Shown here one piece after another: positions 38,487 to 48,084 of a DNA stretch of 64,000 nucleotides. The first letter of the stretch is position 1. Every line of letters begins with the position of its first letter. Made by a program: the position numbers and the translations under genes. This DNA is from a virus (Duplodnaviria > Caudoviricetes): positions 29,514 through 93,513 of IMG/VR virus record IMGVR_UViG_3300000478_000013; one strand, 5' to 3'. The notes under the pieces were generated by a model. It ran no database searches, had not been told where the DNA came from, and worked only from the letters and a program-made list of their open reading frames with translations.

Positions 38487-40481
38487 CTAAAATTTAAGTA
38501 ACCATTTTGCTTGACCACAATCCCATATCTTGAACAGTCCTTTATCATATCCAGAGTTTCCTGGAAAGGACATGCGATGAAAAGAGGAGACCCCATCTGT
38601 CCACCTAAAACTTGGCTCTTCAGTCTCCTTTACCCACCCTTGCATAGGAAGATGTGACCCTGTTCCGTACCTTCTGTCAATAAATGTCTGAATACTGGTG
38701 GGTTGTTCGGTACACTGCACATGCTTTATGAGCCTAGACCACCCACCCAGAACTGAAGTAGTGTGCGCTGTGGCAAACCTACTGACATCTAGAAGTCTGG
38801 TCTTTTTGTTGACCCATCTTATCTGTATTCCAGCTACCACTTTGCTGTTGTACACAAGGCCGTAGCACCTGCCCGATCCTTTGCCCATAAGGTGAGTTTG
38901 GGTGAAAAACTCTGGGTCTATTTCTCGAACAAAGCACTTACGCGCAAAAACTCTATGTTCGTTTGCTCCAAGAGCGTTTAGTGTAATACTTCTGACAACA
39001 TCAGGATTTTCGTAGATCTCGTCGCTTCTGAAGAACAGAGCACGGTATCCCGCTTTCTCGTAGGCTCTAAGCTTATTTCTGTGATAATTCCTGCCGGGAC
39101 TCCACGTGTCAGTCGTAGATCCATCACTATGCCAATAGAGACCGTCAGCTTCTACTATGACTTTCTGATCTTTAAACCTAAGGTCTGGTCTGTAGGACGT
39201 TCCAGGAAGACCTCTGTCTACCAGGGGATGAAAGGAAGAGAACAGGTCTGAGGTAAACCGTGTAAGCGCAGAACCGCCCGGAGTGTAAGAATCAATAATA
39301 GGAGCAGCCTTATCCTCCCCTAAGCGTAGAACCAGACGCTGCGCAAAAGAGTAAGCAGACCCTATCTCCTGAGCCTTCTCCCTCATGGTCATTCCGTCTA
39401 TGACCTTGGTAAGCCCCTTTTTAACTCTTGTTACGCGTGTTTTGGCCCTTACTTTTTCATTTTTCTGGGGGTTGTCGGTTCCATATCTGTTACACAAGGT
39501 ACCTTTTATTCTATCACGCACATCCTCTGACCCAAGAGGACTGTCAGCTCCATACCTGTCCTGATTTGTGGCTATAATCTTCGCTACCACCTCAGGGTGC
39601 TGGGTGTGGTGCACTCCGTCGTACTTGGCTTTGGAGTTGTCTATTGCCTTCTGTCTAAGCTCGGGAGATTGCATAGGATGCTCCACCCCGTACCGCTCAA
39701 GGTGAGTCGCCTTGAATTTACCTGAAATTTCGTCAGACTGCAGAGGAGACTCAACTCCGTAGTTTTCCAGCAGAGTCTTACGTGCCTTGTCTCTGAATTT
39801 CTCAGACTGGAGGGGGAACTCAACCCCATGCGTCTCCCTGTTGGTAGATTTTCGGACCTCGGTAATCTCTGCTTTGGAGCGACCAAAAACTTGGTCTGGG
39901 TTTTTCTTCAGAAGATAAACGATATACTTTAGGTAGTGAGTGAAGGGACGGCCAATCACCTTGTCTTCAATCGTTACCTTCGTACCTCCCTCAGAGGGTT
40001 CTGCCGACAGAACAATGAATCTTCCTGGTGCTACGGATTCAATAGACGCCTGACTCTTGGCTTTAAGCGTCTCCCCCGGTCCGGAAACCGTACCTCTTTT
40101 TAGGTTCGCCAAGAAAGGCTTGAATTTATACTCCTTGGACACGCCAGATACAGAGTCTCTGATGACTGCTTTTTGGGACTTTGGGTTGTAAGACACTACC
40201 TCAAAAGTATCGGCACCTACGGCAGCCATGCGCTGCTCCGCCTCCAGACGGAATGGACATTCCCCCTCGGAGACAGAGGTAACGTTACCACGTGTCGCTG
40301 ACCAGAAGACTCCATCTGGTTTCTGACGCAATTTACTTAGCCAAGACGAGTGTTGATATGTGAACTCGACACCCCAACGCAAGTCCCGTAAGTGTACCCT
40401 CTTTGTATCTGCGTCTATTCGGACCACCTCATAGTGGTCTACGATAGCGTCAACCTTCTCTTGATACTTTTCTAGGTCCAT
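38487..40481 (-). mobile_element. Free-standing homing-type endonuclease, copy 3, with tandem YG-x-x-x-P-x-Q repeats
   Basis: YRPDL...IVEADGLYWHS; FFRSDEI; IWDCGQAKW; about six K-x3-T-x3-YGVE-x-P-x-QS repeats. Confidence 0.8.
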
Positions 40482-40487
40482 ATCTGC

Positions 40488-40516
40488 TGTGTAGCAGTAC
40501 GTATGGAAGGAGTCAA
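40488..40516 (-). promoter_or_regulatory. Sigma70-like promoter of endonuclease 3
   Basis: TTGACT-N17-TACACA with TG extension, 6 nt before ATG. Confidence 0.5.
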
Positions 40517-40583
40517 GATAAAAGTTGCTAGAGGGTGAGCCACATCGAAAGGCTCACATTTATGTGTAACTACCTGAAATTAT

Positions 40584-41315
40584 TCAGCCCCACGGTTTTA
40601 CCCAGCGATCGTGAGCGGTGTGGTCTGCAGGATCAGCAACAGAAGAAGTCTCTATGAAGTTTACGCGGTAGCAACGCTCGTACACCAAGTGACCCTCTAG
40701 GATTCTTCCCTTACCTCTTCCGTACTCCTGGTGACGGCAGGCTATTTTACCGTTAGGGCTGACAGCCCCACAGCCTGGGTAAGAGCACTGGGTATATGAA
40801 ACCAGGGCGCCCATAGAGAAGCCTGTGCGGTCCCTGCGAAGAATGGAGTTGGCCAGATCTCTGTCTTTGGTCCTGTCCCATCCAGCAAGAACGACGATCT
40901 TGTACCTTCCATCAGCCATCTTCTGAAGGGAGGAGTCAAAGTGCACTCCTTTGGCCTTCCTTGGATCTCGGTTGTCATGATCCATGTGAGTAGGCTTGCC
41001 TATGAAGGTCTGGTATACCAGCCTGCCTATCTCTGGGTTAAAAGACGTTACCTCGTCGTAGGGAAACTCATCTAGATTTCTGTTTGGGCAACCTACGGTT
41101 ACGATAGGAATCTCGTTTATGATGTAGTCACGTATATCAGCTGATATCTGATACTGCTCAGCAGCCATAGGCAACCAGGACACGTCCAACGAGTGAGTCT
41201 TGTTGAGGAAATTTTCTGAAGCTACCTTGAGATTCCCCGTGGAACTCTTTTCCATGGTGCAGGAGATTCCCTCAAAAACGCGAGTATCGAATGCTGCTTC
41301 TCCGAGCTTTATCAT
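40584..41315 (-). CDS. Prohead (head maturation) protease
   Basis: NRNLDEF; FIGKPTHMDH; FSMG...CSYPGCG...CRH; FIETSSVADPAD; follows portal. Confidence 0.85.
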   Translation of the reverse strand: MIKLGEAAFDTRVFEGISCTMEKSSTGNLKVASENFLNKTHSLDVSWLPMAAEQYQISADIRDYIINEIPIVTVGCPNRNLDEFPYDEVTSFNPEIGRLVYQTFIGKPTHMDHDNRDPRKAKGVHFDSSLQKMADGRYKIVVLAGWDRTKDRDLANSILRRDRTGFSMGALVSYTQCSYPGCGAVSPNGKIACRHQEYGRGKGRILEGHLVYERCYRVNFIETSSVADPADHTAHDRWVKPWG

Positions 41316-41317
41316 TG

Positions 41318-43666
41318 TTATTCCTCTTCCAGAATCTTGGGGTCCGACACAAACCCAGTAAGAAGCTGATTACTTTTGACGTGCCTCTTCTCTCCAGAGA
41401 TAACACTTTTTAGAGAAGAAGAAATTTCAGAGTTGTCTGCGCTACGGAAAAACTTGGCTCTTTCCGTGTCCTTGTCTATTTCGGACTCTCTGATCTTCTC
41501 GTTTCCAGAGTTTACACAAGCCACTACTGCACTCAGTTCTGCCCTAAGCGCACGTGGGTTTTGAACTAGAGATTCCAGTTCCTTCTGAATGTCGGCTGCC
41601 ACACTTCTGGTAATATCGGCATTCCTTATGATGCCAATTCTTGTCATGAGGTACCGAAGAACCTGGTCTCTCTTGTTGTTACCCGTGCTTAGTATTCTAC
41701 GAAGTTCTCCTTGCGTCATATTCTTGGATAAGGAATTACCCAACGAGTCGAGAAGGCGACGGGCAGCCAGTTCGGCGGTGTCGTAGGACACACCCATGAA
41801 CGCAGTTTTCTTTCCCCATACAGGGAGAGACCTCAATGTTTCTATGGTTTTCCTATCCTCTCTGGGAGATCTTGCGGCAGCAGTTTTCACTGAGGCGCCT
41901 ATCTGAGGAAGCTCAAGTCCTCCGCCCGCGCCTCCTGCCCCTCCAGCTTCGGGGCCACCAAGACCGCCGAGGTCTCCGCCACCTCCTCCACCAAGGTCCA
42001 TACCTCCACCCATGCCACCGAGGTCTCCTCCTAGCCCACCGAGATCACCCCCCAGGCCACCGAGATCTCCTCCAAGACCTCCCATGTCACCCATACCACC
42101 ACCCATACCACCACCTGCGGCTTCGGGGGCAATCTGTACTATCTTCTTTTTCTGGTTAGCAAGCTGACGTGTGGTTTCGATGTCGTCGTCAAACTGCTCC
42201 ATCTCTGACTCTAGGTCAAAGCCAGCAGCACTGGTCCATGTCCTCTTCGTGATCGGTATTCCCTTTTCCTCCATCATTTGAAGGATCTCAAGGTAATCTC
42301 GGTCGGCTACCGGACGAAGAGACTTCTCCCACGCCAACGTAGGAAGTATGTACCTCGTCTCTTCTTCCGATCTGGCTATTCGGATTCTGTGGTCTAGCTC
42401 TGCCTTCTTACGGTGCACAAAACCGTGTCTCTTCGCAAGAGGCTTAAGTAGCTTCTCATAGATTAGCTCGTGCTCAAAGAACTTTCTGTGTGCCTTGATT
42501 TTCTCAAGGAAGACAGACATCAGCTGCTCAAGTGTGTTGAATGTTGCCTCTCCAGTAAGGAAAGCCTCTGACACACCCAAAGCGTTCAGTTTACCTTGAA
42601 GAAGGAACTGCCACTCGTCGCTAATTTTCACTATGTCTTGAGGGGATGACCCTCCGACTTCATTAGCCGTTACGCCTGTTCGTGTAACAACAATTGCCCC
42701 CACAGGGTCTTCGTCTGCCTGCATGAAAAGGCTGGACAGGTCGTCAAGCTCTTCCTTGGATGGCTCCCATACATCGTCGATACCTGCAGTGATGTGTCGG
42801 ATACGAGATGCACGACGTCTGCTTGCTGCGATGGTGGCATTAACTAGGGCTTTTTCGTAAGCCACAAACATGATGATTCTGGTGTAGGCAGATGCACCGA
42901 TCACATCGTAGGGGGCAGTCCTACGAGGTATGTAGAATGTGTTGTCGGTAGGAAGAGGTATCTCTTGGCCATTTCTTATCATGGCCGCAAGTTCTCTCAC
43001 TTCCCTCTGGGCTTCTATGTCCCTGTCGTCCTGGGAGTGGGCCCAAACTCTCATATCAGGTGTGGGGATGATGTCCAACTTGGGTTGGAATCCTGGGACG
43101 GGTATAGGCGTTACACGAATCCAGTCTGGATCGTGGATGATCATCCTATCCCATATCCCCTTAGACTCGTTCATCAAAAGGTGTCCTATGATCTTACCCA
43201 TGGATAAGAATTCACTAGACAACTCTGGAAGATGCGCGGTGATGCTGATGGCGTTTAGCGCATCCTGGTAGAGCCTCAGAACGCTTCTGTCTTCGATGCC
43301 TATCAGCTGAAAATCACTCCAGGGAAGCTCCGAGTAAAGGTCCACCGCTGGACCTGCTACAGGGTCTTGTAACTTTATTCTTCTCCAGATCCTGTGCAGT
43401 CGCCGGGGGTCAACCGGCATAAACTGCTCAATAATAGATCCTTCAGAAAGGTCGTCGTATACAGGGTTAAACCTGTTGAACGTGTTTCTGCCTCCAGGGC
43501 CTCCTCCACCAAAGCCAGACCCTCCCCCGAATCCACCACCGCCAAATCCACCGCCAAATCCGCCACCACCAAAACCTCCCCCTCCAAATCCGGAACCTCC
43601 GGATATCTTTCGTAGGGCGGCGGTACGCATCCGCTGATAACTAAATTTGACTGAAGTCATTACCAA
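41318..43666 (-). CDS. Portal protein
   Basis: DPVAGPAVDLYSELPWS...LNALGVSEAFLTGEATF; Gly-rich termini; between terminase and protease. Confidence 0.8.
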   Translation of the reverse strand: MVMTSVKFSYQRMRTAALRKISGGSGFGGGGFGGGGFGGGFGGGGFGGGSGFGGGGPGGRNTFNRFNPVYDDLSEGSIIEQFMPVDPRRLHRIWRRIKLQDPVAGPAVDLYSELPWSDFQLIGIEDRSVLRLYQDALNAISITAHLPELSSEFLSMGKIIGHLLMNESKGIWDRMIIHDPDWIRVTPIPVPGFQPKLDIIPTPDMRVWAHSQDDRDIEAQREVRELAAMIRNGQEIPLPTDNTFYIPRRTAPYDVIGASAYTRIIMFVAYEKALVNATIAASRRRASRIRHITAGIDDVWEPSKEELDDLSSLFMQADEDPVGAIVVTRTGVTANEVGGSSPQDIVKISDEWQFLLQGKLNALGVSEAFLTGEATFNTLEQLMSVFLEKIKAHRKFFEHELIYEKLLKPLAKRHGFVHRKKAELDHRIRIARSEEETRYILPTLAWEKSLRPVADRDYLEILQMMEEKGIPITKRTWTSAAGFDLESEMEQFDDDIETTRQLANQKKKIVQIAPEAAGGGMGGGMGDMGGLGGDLGGLGGDLGGLGGDLGGMGGGMDLGGGGGGDLGGLGGPEAGGAGGAGGGLELPQIGASVKTAAARSPREDRKTIETLRSLPVWGKKTAFMGVSYDTAELAARRLLDSLGNSLSKNMTQGELRRILSTGNNKRDQVLRYLMTRIGIIRNADITRSVAADIQKELESLVQNPRALRAELSAVVACVNSGNEKIRESEIDKDTERAKFFRSADNSEISSSLKSVISGEKRHVKSNQLLTGFVSDPKILEEE

Positions 43667-44145
43667 AGAAGCTTTCTTAGGTTGTCACGTTGTTCCGTGA
43701 CCTCCTCTAAACTAGGTCCAGAGGAGTCCATACCCCTCATTTTACGGATGAAATACTCAGACTGTGCCCTTTCTGGAAAGAAAAACACGTTAGGCTCTGA
43801 ATCTGTGACGTAAGCAGTAAATTCTGGTGTGTTAACCTTCCACAAAAGGGACCCATCTTTTCTTTTCCACTCATTTGGAACGGAGTCCAATGAAAAGGGG
43901 GTCCTGAACTGAAGTACGTAGACAACCGGCCCCAGTCTCTTTTTCAGCTCATAGGCGTAGGGAGCTTGGATTCTCAGACCGTCTACCTCTGTCTCGTACT
44001 CGATGTAGGACCCCGGTTCTACTTTCGTGTCTCGAACATTCTTGGGCTCATCTATAGACTGCGTTCCGTCATGAGGAATACCCTTTTCATCGGAATCGAT
44101 GAAAACAGGCCTATACTGTGTATTGTTTCCTCTATTGCCTTCCAT
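43660..44145 (-). CDS. Hypothetical protein
   Basis: Coupled ORF. Confidence 0.55.
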   Translation of the reverse strand: MEGNRGNNTQYRPVFIDSDEKGIPHDGTQSIDEPKNVRDTKVEPGSYIEYETEVDGLRIQAPYAYELKKRLGPVVYVLQFRTPFSLDSVPNEWKRKDGSLLWKVNTPEFTAYVTDSEPNVFFFPERAQSEYFIRKMRGMDSSGPSLEEVTEQRDNLRKLLW

Positions 44146-44154
44146 GAGCGCAAC

Positions 44155-44499
44155 TCACATCTTGATGTAAACCCTCATAGGGTCTGACCTGTCTATATGA
44201 TCTAACTCGTAGTCCTTGGTGCCTTCGTTGTTCAGCCTAAGAAGAAACTTTTCCAAGAATTTAGGAAAACCAGTGAGAGTAGCGTCCTCGTAAACAAAGG
44301 AAACCAAGCCCTTAGCCTTGTCTACAAAAAGCCTTGGGTTGTTCACCCCCAAAGAAGCTAGGACGTTTAGAAATATTCTTTCCTGAAGATCTCTTTCCTC
44401 TTCCGTCATGGACTTGGCGATACGGTACAGCTCTTTGGCTTCTGACCTTAGACCAGACTCCCAAAGACTTCGTATAGATTCTTTGATTTCCTTATTCAT
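44155..44499 (-). CDS. Probable internal head protein
   Basis: SIRSLWESGLRSEAKELYRIA helical motif. Confidence 0.55.
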   Translation of the reverse strand: MNKEIKESIRSLWESGLRSEAKELYRIAKSMTEEERDLQERIFLNVLASLGVNNPRLFVDKAKGLVSFVYEDATLTGFPKFLEKFLLRLNNEGTKDYELDHIDRSDPMRVYIKM

Positions 44500-44518
44500 A
44501 GGTGCTGCTTAGTTCTCT

Positions 44519-44881
44519 TCAAACCAACACGCAAACGTGGCAATTTGGGCAGTATCTTGCGTCTTCAGCTTCTGCCAGTTTAGCGAATTGCATGGAATGG
44601 CTGCATCTTGGGCACATACCTGCACTACGAATTCCTGGGTGTGCTTCTTTAGAAACCTGAGGAGAGGTGGCACTCGCAGTTTTCATGTTAGAAGAAGTAA
44701 GTTTGTAGTCTGCCAACACGATATCAGTAGCCAGTGACACGTCAGACTCTTCTACTTCCCCAACAATCTCTGCTAGCCGAAGCTTAGTCCTTAGTCTTCT
44801 GATATTCTCGTTGGTTAGTGCGTACTTAACCTTGTATTGCTTGTGGACGTCCTTTATGAACTTTTCTACAGGAGTTCCCAT
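44519..44881 (-). CDS. C-terminal zinc-ribbon protein
   Basis: CPRC...CPNC. Confidence 0.6.
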   Translation of the reverse strand: MGTPVEKFIKDVHKQYKVKYALTNENIRRLRTKLRLAEIVGEVEESDVSLATDIVLADYKLTSSNMKTASATSPQVSKEAHPGIRSAGMCPRCSHSMQFAKLAEAEDARYCPNCHVCVLV

Positions 44882-44885
44882 TTTC

Positions 44886-46922
44886 CTATCGCCTTCCGTA
44901 GTAAGAGGTTTTAGATCTGACAGATCCTATAGTAGCTCTCGACCTTGACCCTCGGTACGTATTAGATACGGAAGATTTAAGAGCTAATGAACCCACAGAT
45001 CCTGTACTGCTTACTTGTGTCGCCACAGATTTAGACAAAAAGTCCTTAATGTTCTCGGTCATGTAAGAAGAAGCAAGGACTATCGTACGAAATAAGTCGT
45101 CATCACCAACCTCAGGCTTGATAACTTTCATACCCACTTCACGAACAGTAGCAAACTGTACGGCCATGTGGGTGTATGGTGCTTGCCTAATCTGGTGTAT
45201 GTCTGTGATATCCAGGTCTGTTAGTTCTTTGTGCTCCCACTTTGGACTCTTCACGTTTCCGCTGTACACTAAACTTCGGAGTAGCTTGAAATCGGCATCC
45301 TTAGGGGTGCACTTTTCCGCCTTTATCTTCATTTCTCTTAGTTCTTGTATCTGGCCAGTGGACTGCCACCTGTCGTAAAGAACTGCCTTTACGTGCAATC
45401 CCTTGTTCCTGTCGCACAGTGTCTTCACGATTTGGAACATAGAAGGGAAGTGTACGGGTATAATTTCACCGGTCTCTGCAATCTTCTCCGGTTTAGCTTC
45501 GATGACTGCGTCTATGACCACGTTGAACTTGTTCCCCTCCTCCCCTGCGGTAGGCTCAAGATGACATATGCTTATAGCAAAGCTGTTCTGTGTCTCTCCA
45601 CAGTCCACAGTGATGACTCGGGGAACCATCCTAACTCTGTTATCGCTAAATCCGCCTAGCAAGTCCGCAGTAATGTACCTATTTTTGTTGGGGTCTACCT
45701 TATCCTTGACAAATTTTGGTCTCCACGAAACCAGGGGCTTGTTGTTGGTCCTCATATCTTGTATGGCAGCAGTACTCTCAATAAAAGGAGAATCAGCCAA
45801 AGGAGGAACAGCACCAAAGTCTCTCCAAAACACCACAGGATTGTTCTGCTCCTCCGTCTCAAGCGACTCCCTGGTAATGAGGGGGCTAGCTTCCCAAGAA
45901 GCTAGGTGAAAACATACCTTTCTTTTGTCTCTTGACCCCTCCTTTAGTAATGACATCATTTTGTCGTACTGGGAAGAAGGGGAGGATATGTTTCCCATGA
46001 TACCAGGAAGAGTTTGATACTCTCCCTGCTTCCACAGTCTGTCACTGGCAGACCTTACAGTGCGCAAGGAGTTGGACAAGGCCGCATAGGTTTCGTCCGC
46101 ATTTGCACGGACTGCTTCCTTGGTAGCATTGAACCAGCCGAGTTCGTCGATACAGCTCATGATACGGGTAGATCCACGCAACGACTTCATGTCTGCTGCC
46201 GCATAGCTGCACCCTATGTGCTTATTTCCGAACCAGATGTAGCTGTCCATGGACTTGAAAAGAGTGCCCCTTTCGAAGCCCTTCTCTTTCTCCACTTGTC
46301 TCAATTTGGCTGTGTAGTCGGTAAACCACGGACTCTGAGCTATGGCTTCCTTAAACGCCGTCCAGAGAGTTTTCTTTACCTGTCCTGCGGTCACGGCCAC
46401 AAAGGTTACCTCAAAAAAGGCATTGGCCATGAGTCCATAAAACCTAGCAGGATTCCTATACTCTAGAAATCGATGGACATAGTAAGGAGTGAGTACGCCT
46501 CCTGTAAGAGCGGTCTTTCCAGAACGCTGCCCCAGGCAGGACACCAGCTCCCATGGAAGTTTTTCGAAAAGCTCTGCCCTGTTCTTCTTGCACTCCGGAC
46601 AAATGCCATGGTTAAGAAGTACTACCTTAGACCTAAATGTTCCTATGCTGGCGTCCACAGGAACGTCCTCTAGGAAGTCTGGGTCACTGCACTCGGGGCA
46701 ATAGTCACAGAACAGACGAATTGCCTGCTCTGCCTGCTTAGCCCACAGAGAAGTCATGTTCATGTACTCGGGACCTACAGCAAAATCTATGACGTTGTTT
46801 GCGAACGTCACGTCTAGGTCCACGTCAAATACGGATGGGTCTAGTCCAGTAGCAATGACCTGGTCTACTAGTCCTTTTAGATCAAAGAGATGAGAATTAT
46901 CGTCTTCGCTATTATTCCGCAT
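44886..46922 (-). CDS. terL: Terminase large subunit
   Basis: Walker A GQRSGKT, Walker B CIDELGWF, ISSP, nuclease VDCG...YDRWQS...DDLF. Confidence 0.92.
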   Translation of the reverse strand: MRNNSEDDNSHLFDLKGLVDQVIATGLDPSVFDVDLDVTFANNVIDFAVGPEYMNMTSLWAKQAEQAIRLFCDYCPECSDPDFLEDVPVDASIGTFRSKVVLLNHGICPECKKNRAELFEKLPWELVSCLGQRSGKTALTGGVLTPYYVHRFLEYRNPARFYGLMANAFFEVTFVAVTAGQVKKTLWTAFKEAIAQSPWFTDYTAKLRQVEKEKGFERGTLFKSMDSYIWFGNKHIGCSYAAADMKSLRGSTRIMSCIDELGWFNATKEAVRANADETYAALSNSLRTVRSASDRLWKQGEYQTLPGIMGNISSPSSQYDKMMSLLKEGSRDKRKVCFHLASWEASPLITRESLETEEQNNPVVFWRDFGAVPPLADSPFIESTAAIQDMRTNNKPLVSWRPKFVKDKVDPNKNRYITADLLGGFSDNRVRMVPRVITVDCGETQNSFAISICHLEPTAGEEGNKFNVVIDAVIEAKPEKIAETGEIIPVHFPSMFQIVKTLCDRNKGLHVKAVLYDRWQSTGQIQELREMKIKAEKCTPKDADFKLLRSLVYSGNVKSPKWEHKELTDLDITDIHQIRQAPYTHMAVQFATVREVGMKVIKPEVGDDDLFRTIVLASSYMTENIKDFLSKSVATQVSSTGSVGSLALKSSVSNTYRGSRSRATIGSVRSKTSYYGRR

Positions 46923-47247
46923 CTTCGTTTTTCAGGACGTCTTTTATCCCGTCAATCGCTCTTGTAGCTGCGGTGCTGCGAAGAAGAGAGGAAAGGTCCT
47001 GTCCATGACCAGGTTCTAGCTTGTACCTGGACTTGTTGTGATCGTTTCTAGGCCCTGCTGGATATGAACCGTCGTCCATGGAGGATTTCTTGTCTTCGTC
47101 CTCTCCTTCCTCAGGGTGTCTTAGGTCGTACTCCAAAAGAAGACGCTCTGCTTCTTGTTCATCCATAAAAGCTAGTTTGGACCATCGCTTGGATCTGTCG
47201 ATAATCCTAGCCACTCGAATTAGACGTTGCTGCAGCTTTGGGCTCAT
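46912..47247 (-). CDS. Hypothetical protein
   Basis: Coupled ORF; RLIRVARIID leader. Confidence 0.55.
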   Translation of the reverse strand: MSPKLQQRLIRVARIIDRSKRWSKLAFMDEQEAERLLLEYDLRHPEEGEDEDKKSSMDDGSYPAGPRNDHNKSRYKLEPGHGQDLSSLLRSTAATRAIDGIKDVLKNEDAE

Positions 47248-47255
47248 GGTTTTTA

Positions 47256-47876
47256 CTATTGAAGTGTTTTTTCACTTGGTTTTGGAGAACCTGGCTCTTT
47301 TTCCTTCTTTACACCAAAGTAATTGTTGAGATTATCTCTGGCACCTGGAATGAGACGCTGTATTCTGTCCGTAAGACGTCTGAATATTTCTGTGGATATG
47401 CCTTGGGCATCCCTCATGGGTATGTCCAACTTCAGCATCTCTTCCTTCAGGTTGTTAGCTTCTTCGGTACACGCCCTTACCAAATCGATAAGGAATGGAT
47501 TGAAGGTTTTGTCGATAAGATCTGTGACTACATCCTGTGGCTTCTGAAGGGACATTAGATCAGCAAGGGCGACCCTATACTCAGACATAAGCCGTTGGTA
47601 TGATTGAAGCATCATAGCCGAGTCGTTCCCATCTTCGATAGATTGCTTCGTTTTTTCGCATTGGTCTTCTAGGTCGTCAACAATCTCTTGAAGTCTCTCA
47701 AAGTGAGATCTGGGAGGGACTATGAAGTTTTCAACGTAATACCTGACATCGTCATAATCCAATCCAAAATCGATACCTATCTTTTCAGGTGAGTGGCCTG
47801 CACGATGGGCGTCCTCGATCATATCCCTCTGTTGTTGGGATAGATTTTTGAATGGATTATTCAGCTTTGTCGTCAT
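47256..47876 (-). CDS. HTH + coiled-coil protein, candidate terminase small subunit
   Basis: GHSPEKIGIDFGLDYDDVRYY HTH-like; two genes upstream of terL. Confidence 0.45.
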   Translation of the reverse strand: MTTKLNNPFKNLSQQQRDMIEDAHRAGHSPEKIGIDFGLDYDDVRYYVENFIVPPRSHFERLQEIVDDLEDQCEKTKQSIEDGNDSAMMLQSYQRLMSEYRVALADLMSLQKPQDVVTDLIDKTFNPFLIDLVRACTEEANNLKEEMLKLDIPMRDAQGISTEIFRRLTDRIQRLIPGARDNLNNYFGVKKEKEPGSPKPSEKTLQ

Positions 47877-48084
47877 CAGAATCCTCAGATGAGGCAATTC
47901 CTCTGGGTCCCTCTTGTTGGTGAACCTGATGCTTCCTTTTCTTTCGAGAAGGTCCGCCTAGGGTCTCGGTAAGAATCCCAGGATGGTTGTTGGGGTCGAC
48001 ACTTATGTTTTCCGTAAGGAGATTTTGAACCTCCTTAAGGCGTATGGCTAGTTTTTCTAGGCTATACGCCTTCCGGAATTTCAC
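47857..48084 (-). CDS. Hypothetical protein
   Basis: Coupled ORF. Confidence 0.5.
   Translation of the reverse strand: MKFRKAYSLEKLAIRLKEVQNLLTENISVDPNNHPGILTETLGGPSRKKRKHQVHQQEGPRGIASSEDSDDDKAE

Noticed and set aside
41920-42120. Repeats resembling a CRISPR or tandem array
   Set aside because: Gly-rich coding repeats of the portal; no repeat-spacer structure and no cas genes in the window
30051-46922. Group I introns or inteins linked to the endonucleases
   Set aside because: Capsid, decoration, protease, portal and terminase frames are continuous; the endonucleases are intergenic; no intein terminal motifs seen
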